DNA of 64,000 bases from a virus (taxonomy: Duplodnaviria > Caudoviricetes), in the IMG/VR virus record IMGVR_UViG_3300029288_005873, positions 288,001-352,000 of that record, one strand, 5' to 3'. Shown one piece after another: positions 37,980-47,616 of this stretch. The translations under genes were made by a program, and so were the position numbers. The notes under the pieces are model-generated. The model searched no databases, had not been told where the DNA came from, and worked only from the letters and a program-made list of their open reading frames with translations. The first letter of the stretch is position 1, and the number at the start of each line of letters is the position of its first letter.

Positions 37980-40900
37980 TCAGCGGGTCTTTACCGTCAC
38001 GTTTATATCGCCTGCCGCAAGATATTCATTCTTCTTGGCAGAGATGGTTGTTACCGTTCCAGACAGACCTTGTTTGTTGAAATGTGTTATCGTAATTTTA
38101 TCCAAACCAGCAACGCTATGTGCGGCAGTTGACACATCATCTACATCCAATGTCGTTCCAAGAGCTGTTGCATTCAGGCTAGATGATATGTTGTTTGCTA
38201 CATCTTGTTTAACGGATGAAGATGATGTTTCATAAGCTGGAAGTACAATTATGTCAGCTGTCACATCAATAGGTACTTTGGTAGAAGCTTTTACAAGAAC
38301 ATCCGCAGTTATTGGTCTTCCACTCTCTACAGAATTTGTAGCATCACCTATAAGCTTATTATATTCGTAGTTTATTGTTATCCTTTCGTTGTTTTTTGGA
38401 GCCGTATAGCTATAATCTACTGAATACGAGGCATTCTGGTCTGGTTGTGTAACTGTATCAATGGACATTCTGCCGCTTACAGCTCCAGCCGAATTCGTAA
38501 ATCCAGATATCCTACCTATGGAAGTTACTTTTGCAAAAACCTTGTCCGTAATTTGTGAACCGTTTTTGGAGAAAAACAGTCTTTCACTATCGTTCTGTTT
38601 CGTATAGTAAAATGTGGCCCTTATGTGTGTTCCAGTAGTTATTGGTTCCGAAGTATTCGCAGTCACCGAAGCAAGCTGTACGGAGGCGTTTCCTAGTGCT
38701 GTATTCTGTACAGCATGAGCTAGATCCCATCGCGAAGTTTTCAGCCCATAATTCGTAAGGTCATATGTTGTCAAAATACCAGAAATACTTCCAGAAATTG
38801 ATAAGGATACTTTTTCAATTGAAGCAACCCTACTAATCGTTATACTTGATGGTATAGACGCCGTTCTTCCAAGACCCTCTGCCGTACGTATTAGAGGAGC
38901 AAGATCAATAATATTCGAACTGCCAGTACTTGCCGAGGTGGTGGTAAATACACCAGTTACAGCTACCATAGTTGTTCCAACTACTTCAATGGTACCTTGG
39001 GTCGGAATTGCCGTAAGGCTGACCTTAAGATGAGCTGGAGTTCGACGCATATTATCCAACACAGAACTGCCAGAGAAAAGGTCAAGAAAGGGCTGATACC
39101 CATCAACATCTGAAAAAGAGTTATACCCATCTCCAGACACCGGCAAAGATATTATGTTCGTCTGAGGAAGTACGTTTGGTAAATTTGTAACATAGCTTAC
39201 CAAAAGATTTGTTCCCGAGGCAACCATGTTGGATGGAAAAAGAGTTATTGTCCTACCAACTGCCGAACATGATTGGTACGAATCCACAAGGTCTGTTAGA
39301 CTATATGTGGCATTTATGCTATCCCCTAATGATGCCAAAGTATCACTTGGAAGAACAATTAGCTTATTTGAGAATGTACCATCTGCCTCCAAGGTATTAT
39401 ATACTTCTGATCCGTTTTTTGTACTATCTTTCATACTATGTATATTACTTACCACATTTGATGTTATAACTGTTCTCCTAGATGATGTTCCAGATACTAG
39501 TAGTGTCTCATTATAGAATGTATTAACAGACAAAATTCGGCTTATTGGATATGACACTGTTACAGTTAAATTGCCATAGGAATCCAATATAGCCGTGGAC
39601 ATCTCATCCCTGATGTAGTTAGAAAATCCCCAGTCAACAGAATCTTGGGCTTCATCAGCAACATCCCTTGGGTCAAACGTATCAAATTCAACTTGCGGTA
39701 CAAAAGACATAACCCAAGTGTAATCAACCTGAAGTATGTCACTAGCTGTAGGAAGAGTTCGTCCGGATATCTGTATGCGCCCAGTGGTATTCAGACTTCC
39801 ACTTTCACCATCTGGATTCTGATTAGATATTGTATACCTCTCTCCAGTTGTAAGATTAAATACCCTGCTAACCGTACGTACAGGCTTATGCTTTGTGGTT
39901 ACGTATGAACGATCACTTGATACGGTTGAGTTTTCATTTGTGACGCGCACATCCTGAGAGATTGCCGAAACATTTAATACATCTGAAAATGAAAGCCCAT
40001 CTACGCTATTGAATGCGCCTTTTGTGCGATTTTCTCCTTGAAGGTCTATCTGTCCATTGGTCCATACGAGCTTATCCAATCCAAATGGACTTCCTGCTGC
40101 CGAACCTGTATCTTTTACAAGTTTATAGTTTCCAGCAAGTTCACCAAGATCATTGGTATATTGTTCAACAAAATTTGGTCCAGATGAACTTCCAGACACA
40201 GAAGTAATAGCGGACACTGGCTGTGTGGGCATCTGTTCTCCATCAGTGAGAACGGCTAGACGCCTACTATTAAGAGACAAACTTGCATCTGGTGTTAGAG
40301 AACTTTGCCCGAGCACATAGTCATTTTCTGGGTCAGAGGGATCATTTTTACCACTTTTATCTTTGTATATGAAACTATCAGTACCCTCCTGTAGATTTTC
40401 TCCAAACACATATATATCAACTTTTCCTCCAGTTCCTGGTTCTGCTACAATTACGTTTCCACTACTGTCTGTTGTAGTTACCGTACCATCCCTAGTCATT
40501 AGGGGGTCACCAGGTTCCACTACTAGTGCATCAATAGCATCAGCCAAAGATAGAATAATTCCCCTGTATCCAAGAGCTGTTCCAGTATTAGCGCCAGCAA
40601 AAGTCGAAAGAATGCGCGATCTGAAAGCCGCATCGGTCTCTAGGTCAGCCCCTCCAGTAAAAGACACCACATTAGTAACGCCATTTACACCAGGGGCAGT
40701 ATGAGATACAACAGAATATGTTGCTATATTTCCGCCAGATCCAACACTTTGTGCTTGTACGGACACTTCTATTGCATATTGGTCAGTTATTCCAGCGGTA
40801 TCTAGTTCATTTCGCAATCTTGTAGCTGTTGCTCTAAGAGCATTTGCGTCTGAAGGCTTAACCGTCACACTAGATATTGTCGAAAATGTTATACCATTTC

Positions 40901-41234
40901 TAGTACTTACGACAGTACCAGATGATATGGTTGTAGTTGTATCAATTGTTCGAAATGTAAACACAACCTGTCCACTAGCTCTTGTTCCCGTTTTTCGGCT
41001 AGCCCCAAAATTTGCACCATAGTTGGTGAGATCATTACCAGACAAGTTTGCCAATGCCTGTAATCTGGCAATATTTCTCATTGTTTCATATACATCTCCA
41101 AGCTCGAAAGCTGGAGGATCGACAAACACATCTCTTGCAACAGAGTTTGGTTTTGTATCCAATTGCGGCTGCGTCAAACGCAGACGTTCGAGTATAGAAA
41201 GCACTACTTCATTGAAACTTTTGAACCTTGTCAT
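37980..41234 (-). CDS. Baseplate J/gp6-like wedge protein
   Basis: R..GTRASGQVVF, GSGGNI, GVTN..SFTGGAD.ETDAAFRSRI, PGTGGKVDIYV. Confidence 0.88.
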   Translation of the reverse strand: MTRFKSFNEVVLSILERLRLTQPQLDTKPNSVARDVFVDPPAFELGDVYETMRNIARLQALANLSGNDLTNYGANFGASRKTGTRASGQVVFTFRTIDTTTTISSGTVVSTRNGITFSTISSVTVKPSDANALRATATRLRNELDTAGITDQYAIEVSVQAQSVGSGGNIATYSVVSHTAPGVNGVTNVVSFTGGADLETDAAFRSRILSTFAGANTGTALGYRGIILSLADAIDALVVEPGDPLMTRDGTVTTTDSSGNVIVAEPGTGGKVDIYVFGENLQEGTDSFIYKDKSGKNDPSDPENDYVLGQSSLTPDASLSLNSRRLAVLTDGEQMPTQPVSAITSVSGSSSGPNFVEQYTNDLGELAGNYKLVKDTGSAAGSPFGLDKLVWTNGQIDLQGENRTKGAFNSVDGLSFSDVLNVSAISQDVRVTNENSTVSSDRSYVTTKHKPVRTVSRVFNLTTGERYTISNQNPDGESGSLNTTGRIQISGRTLPTASDILQVDYTWVMSFVPQVEFDTFDPRDVADEAQDSVDWGFSNYIRDEMSTAILDSYGNLTVTVSYPISRILSVNTFYNETLLVSGTSSRRTVITSNVVSNIHSMKDSTKNGSEVYNTLEADGTFSNKLIVLPSDTLASLGDSINATYSLTDLVDSYQSCSAVGRTITLFPSNMVASGTNLLVSYVTNLPNVLPQTNIISLPVSGDGYNSFSDVDGYQPFLDLFSGSSVLDNMRRTPAHLKVSLTAIPTQGTIEVVGTTMVAVTGVFTTTSASTGSSNIIDLAPLIRTAEGLGRTASIPSSITISRVASIEKVSLSISGSISGILTTYDLTNYGLKTSRWDLAHAVQNTALGNASVQLASVTANTSEPITTGTHIRATFYYTKQNDSERLFFSKNGSQITDKVFAKVTSIGRISGFTNSAGAVSGRMSIDTVTQPDQNASYSVDYSYTAPKNNERITINYEYNKLIGDATNSVESGRPITADVLVKASTKVPIDVTADIIVLPAYETSSSSVKQDVANNISSSLNATALGTTLDVDDVSTAAHSVAGLDKITITHFNKQGLSGTVTTISAKKNEYLAAGDINVTVKTR

Positions 41235-41244
41235 TTGTAAACTC

Positions 41245-41673
41245 CTAAACCCTAAGCAGGAATGTTTCTTCGACTGGAGAAAGCTGGCGTGTTAGAGCCA
41301 CAATGGTTATCGACCACTGTCTTGGATCACTAGCATCTCTCTCAACCCTTATATCACTTACGCCAGCTAGAGTTTCGCCAGGAGACACATACTGAACACG
41401 AGCTTGTGCCGTTTGTAGAGCCATAAGTGTCGACAGTGTTTCCTGAATAGCACCAAAAACCTCTGCCTCCAATTGCTCGTTAGCTAGAACCTTTCCTACA
41501 GTACGTTCTGAAATTACACTTCCATACCACTGATGAAATCTATTGCTTCCGCGCGCAGTCAGAATTGCTTTGAGCAAATCCTGTTTCAGTTTTTCATTAT
41601 CCCGCACCGTCTGGACCGACCCATCAGGATTTAGGGCTAAGCTGTTACCAACTATTTTCAGATCGTAGGACAT
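41245..41673 (-). CDS. gp25/GPW-like baseplate protein (sheath initiator)
   Basis: KL.QDL.KAILT.RGSN.FH.WYGS, DPRQ..ITI; directly upstream of baseplate J. Confidence 0.8.
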   Translation of the reverse strand: MSYDLKIVGNSLALNPDGSVQTVRDNEKLKQDLLKAILTARGSNRFHQWYGSVISERTVGKVLANEQLEAEVFGAIQETLSTLMALQTAQARVQYVSPGETLAGVSDIRVERDASDPRQWSITIVALTRQLSPVEETFLLRV

Positions 41674-43265
41674 TATTGCTCCTTTGAAATATCTTCTGGA
41701 ATTTCATCCATATCCTGGTACCTTTCTTCCTGGTCATTTGGAAGCGGAGAACTACTTCTGCCAGACTGCTTTTCTCTATGCATGCGAATATCTATAGCAG
41801 CACCAAGCGTAGAATACAGGTCAAGTACCTTGTTTTCAAGGTTCTCTATAGCGCCAATGGGATCCCCTCCTGAATAAGTGTCTACAATCGTCTTAAGGAT
41901 TTTGTCATTTGCCATTTGTCCTAATGTATCTGTATCAAGCATGGCGATAAGATCACTGCGATCGACAAGAAAAAGACCTAATATTGTAAACACAATGTCT
42001 GGAAGCGACAAACCGGTAAATTCTCCTGTCATCATCTCCAACTCAAGACGAAGTTTATCCGCACGTTGCGTCCATGTATCTATCTGGTTATTCAGCTCTT
42101 CAAGCTTCTTCCTCTGCTGCTCCAAAGGTTGTCTTAGCACAGTTACAAAAGAGTTTGTTAAAGCATTAGGCATTACATTTCTAACCTTTGCTCCTGTGGG
42201 GTCAACAATATCCTCAGTAGGCAGTAGTCCGAGTAGCGCCTCTGATACCGCAATTCCGCGGTTAAGTGCTGCAAGGCGTTGACCTGTTGCACTATTATCC
42301 TTCACTTGTAGTTCCGTAGCCAAATTTCCGCGCTTTCCGAAAGAACTCCTTTGTGATGATAGGGTTTTTGGCTTAAGAGCAATCGTAATATCTTTGGACA
42401 ACCGTTCCCTGCGATTTTGTAGCATAACCCAACGGTCAGCAAATTGGTCAATCGACCCAAGCATCTGATTAACCACAAAAGCTTCATACATAGATGATTC
42501 TTGAGGTATCATATCTGAAGCACTTGACGACAGTTGAGAAACACGATCTCTAGTAGCTTTCAAATAGTCTTCTTGTTGTTGGTTTCCACCATCAAGCATA
42601 ACGGTGCGGATTCTAATCACGGTTTCAATAAAAGGTCGCCTAATCGGAGTCGAGGAAGGCGGAGGACGACCATCTTCTGGATCGGTTAAAAAAGGCTTAG
42701 AAAGTTCATTTTGTGCTGGAAACACCTGACTATAAGACACGGCAAAAGGAGATACCCTTTTGAAAACATCAAATCCATTTCTTGAATTATCATAGTTAAG
42801 AATCAATTCAAGCGGATCGTAAAAAGCGGCAGCCATCCTATTATTCATATCAGCTGTTCCTATTCTCTGCTCAATGCCCAAAAGACCTTTCTCTCTTATT
42901 TGTAGAAGAGTTTGAGCATCTATGTTTGTACCATCTGGACTAAGAATCTTTGTTTCACCACTGTCTACAACTATACCGCTTGGAGCACCGCTTTTTTTGA
43001 ACCCCGGTGTCATTACCATTTGTGCCGAATTGTTTCCAGACTTTTCCTTATCATTTTTTGGGGTTACAGATACAAACATCGGTAAACCCACAAGTCGGAA
43101 AAAGGCGTTGACTCTAGATTCCGTGGGACGCTGGTCAACCAATTTAACCTCGTCGTCAAACATTGGCGTATATGACCGTATGCTGTCGATTTCGGACATG
43201 ATTTCACTGGCAAATTTGATAATGTCCAATTTTGCGACAGTTCCTGAAGATGAAGAGGCAACCAT
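41673..43265 (-). CDS. hypothetical virion-associated protein with coiled-coil
   Basis: 530-aa ORF within the baseplate operon; heptad-like QQRKKLEELNNQIDTWTQRADKLRLEL. Confidence 0.6.
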   Translation of the reverse strand: MVASSSSGTVAKLDIIKFASEIMSEIDSIRSYTPMFDDEVKLVDQRPTESRVNAFFRLVGLPMFVSVTPKNDKEKSGNNSAQMVMTPGFKKSGAPSGIVVDSGETKILSPDGTNIDAQTLLQIREKGLLGIEQRIGTADMNNRMAAAFYDPLELILNYDNSRNGFDVFKRVSPFAVSYSQVFPAQNELSKPFLTDPEDGRPPPSSTPIRRPFIETVIRIRTVMLDGGNQQQEDYLKATRDRVSQLSSSASDMIPQESSMYEAFVVNQMLGSIDQFADRWVMLQNRRERLSKDITIALKPKTLSSQRSSFGKRGNLATELQVKDNSATGQRLAALNRGIAVSEALLGLLPTEDIVDPTGAKVRNVMPNALTNSFVTVLRQPLEQQRKKLEELNNQIDTWTQRADKLRLELEMMTGEFTGLSLPDIVFTILGLFLVDRSDLIAMLDTDTLGQMANDKILKTIVDTYSGGDPIGAIENLENKVLDLYSTLGAAIDIRMHREKQSGRSSSPLPNDQEERYQDMDEIPEDISKEQ

Positions 43266-43266
43266 A

Positions 43267-45360
43267 TTATCTCACTCCACTGTTTGAACCAACTGCCCCA
43301 AGAGGCTCCCTGGAATCCTGTGGCGCTGCGTCGGCAGGCTTGATGTCCGTAAAAACCAATGTCAATTTACGAGTCACATAATCAGGGGGACTAATAGACG
43401 TATCAAAGTCACTAATATATTGATCAGCCACAGTTGCCGTAACTTCTGCTGCCCCTGTTATTTTGCTCGTAAGCGTTGCCCTGAATTCCCCAGTTGATGC
43501 CCCATAAGCATCCATGACCTCTACAACCGAGGAAATTGTCCCAAATGTTGAGAAGGCCTTAACATCAACCACACCGGGTGGAAGATCGTCTGCAAGACGA
43601 TTTCCATTTATATCGATTGGGATGATGCTAATAACAATGTCCCCACCCGCTGTCTGAAAATATCTATTTGCTGATAGCAAAGATTTATCCCGACTAAGTA
43701 CACGAGGATAGATTTGTTCAGCATATAAAACTACGTCGTTTGCCAATGTCCCTAGAACATTTGACACACAGACACCAGCTGTAGCAGCGCCTTGTGCAAT
43801 ACTACCATAGTTGTCTATGATATATTGTGTATCAGCATCTATTGGCGCTATTGCTGTTATACATGCCATTGCAGCAGTAGCTGCTCCACTTATATCTGGA
43901 AGTTCTGGTATTGGAATGTCAAGGTAAGGGCTTCTGTTTTTAGCACCCCTTACTGCCGCCTTGACATCTGGATGACATCCCACACCAATCATATTGTGGC
44001 GCAAAAGTTCTTCATGATTTATACCAAGAACATATGAGAGCCCAGAGCCACTTGATGGAGCAGCAATTTTGCGCCATACCATTTTAGATCCTGGACCAGA
44101 AGCTGGATTATAAAGCCCAGATGCTAGCCAGGAGTTTGCTGTTAAATGGTCGATTTTTACATTGTATGCGTCATACGCAGATATAATTTGAAAAGTTCCA
44201 GAATTCTTGACAGCTCCAGTGCTGTCAGAATCCATTATTTCAAGCCACATGCCGTCATATCCATCACTACTGGAAAACTGTGGAGTCCTTGTTCCAAACC
44301 GGGCATATCGTCCAGGATTGAGATCATCTACATTTGCGGCACCATTCGAAGATCTGTATATACTTGATAGATAACCATCACTATGTTGCCTATCAGGTAT
44401 CCTCATAATATCAAGTGTTCCGTTTTCGCTTTCGTCCCCAGACACGATAACTGATGTAACAGCATAGTATCCATCACAATATAGATAATAAGGAATTTTC
44501 CTGTAATCTGTCACAGAGGCATAATCTATCCCATCTGGGAAAAACGAGGAGAGCGCAAGAAAATCCTCTTTATGAACTGCTGAAGCAAAACGCAGAAAAT
44601 AGCTTAAACTACTTCCCCCAAACATTGGCGTAACCGTCAAAACGCCGTCGGAGCCATTTAACGTGAAATTCTCAAACACCTCTGGACACTGGTCGTCTCC
44701 ACAACCTCCGCAAGATCCTCCACTCCCTCCACAAGGAATGCCTATACCAAGACCCAAAAGCGCCTTTACCATAGCTAAAATTGCATCAAGAGCAGCCATG
44801 ATGCCAACAACATTCATAAGTTCCCTTAAAAGGGAGACAATTTTGAATGCTACGGCGTTGACAGCTTGCTGATTTCCAGTCGACATAGCATCAATGAGAT
44901 CCTGGATATTTGATATAATATCCTGGATAAGAGGAATTATAACCGTTATAACATATGTTACAATTGCTAGAATGATCTTTATTAGGCACAATATCATTGC
45001 CGGTATTGCTAGCTGAGGCAGTATAAGTATAAAATCAGGTATACACGATCCGAATAAACGTATAACGGCAGCAATTAAAGAAAATGGATTAGTAAGAGCG
45101 CATATAACATCAATAATACAGGTCACCAGCTTCATAACCACTGTCAACATGCTATATCCAGCAGCAAAAGCAGAAAGAAGTTTAGCCTGGTCGGCGATTA
45201 TATCGCCCATATTGAATCCCGTTATTGGTTGGATACTCGGCTTTATTATAGCACCAGCTGGACATGTACATGACATAGAGCGCACAAGCTCAGGATATGT
45301 CTTGTCAATACCGCCATTGGTTGGCAAGGGAAACAGTGTTCTAATGCTTGGTGACGTCAT
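43267..45360 (-). CDS. Baseplate-region protein with long hydrophobic N-terminal helices and a C-terminal Ig-like domain
   Basis: Residues ~60-210 strongly hydrophobic and Cys-rich; GEFRATLTS...GAAEVTATV resembles a bacterial Ig-like fold; follows the spike gene. Confidence 0.6.
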   Translation of the reverse strand: MTSPSIRTLFPLPTNGGIDKTYPELVRSMSCTCPAGAIIKPSIQPITGFNMGDIIADQAKLLSAFAAGYSMLTVVMKLVTCIIDVICALTNPFSLIAAVIRLFGSCIPDFILILPQLAIPAMILCLIKIILAIVTYVITVIIPLIQDIISNIQDLIDAMSTGNQQAVNAVAFKIVSLLRELMNVVGIMAALDAILAMVKALLGLGIGIPCGGSGGSCGGCGDDQCPEVFENFTLNGSDGVLTVTPMFGGSSLSYFLRFASAVHKEDFLALSSFFPDGIDYASVTDYRKIPYYLYCDGYYAVTSVIVSGDESENGTLDIMRIPDRQHSDGYLSSIYRSSNGAANVDDLNPGRYARFGTRTPQFSSSDGYDGMWLEIMDSDSTGAVKNSGTFQIISAYDAYNVKIDHLTANSWLASGLYNPASGPGSKMVWRKIAAPSSGSGLSYVLGINHEELLRHNMIGVGCHPDVKAAVRGAKNRSPYLDIPIPELPDISGAATAAMACITAIAPIDADTQYIIDNYGSIAQGAATAGVCVSNVLGTLANDVVLYAEQIYPRVLSRDKSLLSANRYFQTAGGDIVISIIPIDINGNRLADDLPPGVVDVKAFSTFGTISSVVEVMDAYGASTGEFRATLTSKITGAAEVTATVADQYISDFDTSISPPDYVTRKLTLVFTDIKPADAAPQDSREPLGAVGSNSGVR

Positions 45361-45369
45361 CTATATCCT

Positions 45370-47616
45370 CTACATTGTCTTATTAGATGTGGTTTTCCTG
45401 AGAACGATTCTCTGCTGGTCGCCTTTATAGAATACCACCGATTTTGCGTCAAGTACTATTTGTCCACCACTCTGTAAAATCATATCCATGGTAGACTTCA
45501 TGCTCAACTGACCAGTTGCCTGTATACTTACGCCATTTTCATCTATAATGATCTGCTGGTCTAGGTTATCACTATCTGTGTCTGGACCTGTCCTTTCGGC
45601 ATTCGCTCTACGTACACAGAGCACAACTTTTCCAGCCCTAAATACTTTTGTATCTTTCGGCAACGTTATTTCGCGATTAGCGAAACGCTGATCAACCGCA
45701 GAAGCATCCGAACCTACAAAATCATATCCGCCAATATCCATGGCTAGATATCCGTCCATCTGTAGTAGGGCACTCCTACCATACCTATCTCTGCCTATCC
45801 TTGCGACTATTCCTCCGGCCGTATCTAATATCCACGATAAGCGATCTACAGTATTTGCGCCAATGGATATTTCCAAACTACCATCCATGTTTGCATGAAG
45901 ACTTCGTCCTCCAGCATTGGGATAGTTTACTGGACAACCCGTTACATCTCTCTTGACGTTTTCGCCCGAATTCGAAAGAAAACCTTGGACTATTTCACCA
46001 TGTAGGGCAGGACCATCTGGGGATGGAGTTGGTGCGTCCTTATCAACAATCTCATAAGATGCTTTATTCATCGACGAAGCAAGAAGTCTGGATGCCGTAC
46101 GCGTAATATCGTGAAATGCGGTTCCAGCATGTACTTTTGCTGGTAATGAAATCTTAGTATTATCAACAAAACTTGTGTCCTTTCCAGCCAGTCTGTTGTT
46201 TGGTGATTGAATTGTTTGGGAGGGTGCCTGAGTTACGGAAATCCCTCCAGGTCCAAACTGGTCAAGAAAGATATCTGGACGTTGTTGACCAGCCTCAAGG
46301 TCATTACGAAACAACTTCTTTGTGCCGTTCTCGTCGCGCCCATTTACTTCAGGATTGCCATTCTCATCCACCTCTATAGAACTTGAACTTTCATGCCGTA
46401 CAAGAAGTGGCACATTACCAGTTTCGGATGTAGCTGGTATGTTTAGTTTAGTCAAACCTTCTTTATCTACATCTATAAACCAGCGGCTACGATCACGCGC
46501 ATTGTCTGAAGATTCCGATGGATCTGGTATGTCAACAAGATCTGGAATTCCAGGACCGCGATAGGACCACCCTTTTCTTGTGTTTATCTCCCTATGTAGA
46601 ACTACAGAATGCCTGGTGTTCTCTATCATACTTTCTAGAAGTGTATGAGGATCTGAACCAGTTGGTGGAAGGATAATGTTTCTATTTATGTCAAGAATGT
46701 TTCCAAACACATCAACCAATGTGCCATCAACAGATTCCATAAGTTCATTAGGGAATGACAAAGAAAGGCTAAGTATATTGCTACGTCGTTCTCGCCTATC
46801 AGAGAAAACGCGAACAGGAAGGATTCCCTCACGAAGCATTCTCTCTTCTTCCTGTTTAGTATCAACATTCCATCCCGTTCCAAATTCATACATGACGCGA
46901 CGATTCTCAACAAAAGGAGGATTTCTAAATGCAGCAACGGCAGCATTCTGACCACCATTTGTTGTTCGCCTAGTACCATGTGTAACATCCTGTATCGGAT
47001 TACGTCCTACCTCCTCAAGAAGATGTTCAGCATCTAGATCAAACATAAGATCATAGGCCGCAGCATCAAGAGATTCTTCATTGGGTCGCATATCGCGCCT
47101 AATTATTCCTTGTGCCTCTAGTCCCATTTGGGAAAGTGTATATGATACTGGGGGTAGACGCATAATAGCGCATCGATGTGCTTCATCTTGATCATCACCG
47201 ATTAAAAACCCCTCCCAAGCGCTATTTTTCAGCGATATATCTCCAGACGAACTAAACCTGAATTGACCACCCGTAGGTCCTTGTAGTACAATTTCACCCT
47301 CCTCCAAAGAAGGAGGATTGACATCGTCAAAATACATCTCGGCAATATCAGACAAGTCCGCAGCGTAAAATCCACGCAATGGTATGACGGCAACCGGAAT
47401 AAAGCGCGCATTTGAAGCTCTAGTGAGCGCAACAAGTGAACCTTTGCGCAGACCCACATAAATTCCCTCTCCACGCCCAGAAAATGGATGTGGCAGCGGA
47501 ATGGTGGGACCATCCTCATCATCATCAAGCCATCTGGTCTGAGCCTGCCCAGTACTAAAGTCTACTGAGGTAACAATTGCCAAACGTGTCTGTAGATTAT
47601 GAAACCTGCTGGTCAT
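45370..47616 (-). CDS. Baseplate central spike (gp5/gpV/VgrG-like)
   Basis: N-terminal AIVTSVDF..G.....W...G.....P OB-fold-like pattern; C-terminal short beta repeats (IIIDENGVSIQATGQLSMKS..DMILQSGG.IVLDA); start 47616 by ATGA overlap. Confidence 0.7.
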   Translation of the reverse strand: MTSRFHNLQTRLAIVTSVDFSTGQAQTRWLDDDEDGPTIPLPHPFSGRGEGIYVGLRKGSLVALTRASNARFIPVAVIPLRGFYAADLSDIAEMYFDDVNPPSLEEGEIVLQGPTGGQFRFSSSGDISLKNSAWEGFLIGDDQDEAHRCAIMRLPPVSYTLSQMGLEAQGIIRRDMRPNEESLDAAAYDLMFDLDAEHLLEEVGRNPIQDVTHGTRRTTNGGQNAAVAAFRNPPFVENRRVMYEFGTGWNVDTKQEEERMLREGILPVRVFSDRRERRSNILSLSLSFPNELMESVDGTLVDVFGNILDINRNIILPPTGSDPHTLLESMIENTRHSVVLHREINTRKGWSYRGPGIPDLVDIPDPSESSDNARDRSRWFIDVDKEGLTKLNIPATSETGNVPLLVRHESSSSIEVDENGNPEVNGRDENGTKKLFRNDLEAGQQRPDIFLDQFGPGGISVTQAPSQTIQSPNNRLAGKDTSFVDNTKISLPAKVHAGTAFHDITRTASRLLASSMNKASYEIVDKDAPTPSPDGPALHGEIVQGFLSNSGENVKRDVTGCPVNYPNAGGRSLHANMDGSLEISIGANTVDRLSWILDTAGGIVARIGRDRYGRSALLQMDGYLAMDIGGYDFVGSDASAVDQRFANREITLPKDTKVFRAGKVVLCVRRANAERTGPDTDSDNLDQQIIIDENGVSIQATGQLSMKSTMDMILQSGGQIVLDAKSVVFYKGDQQRIVLRKTTSNKTM

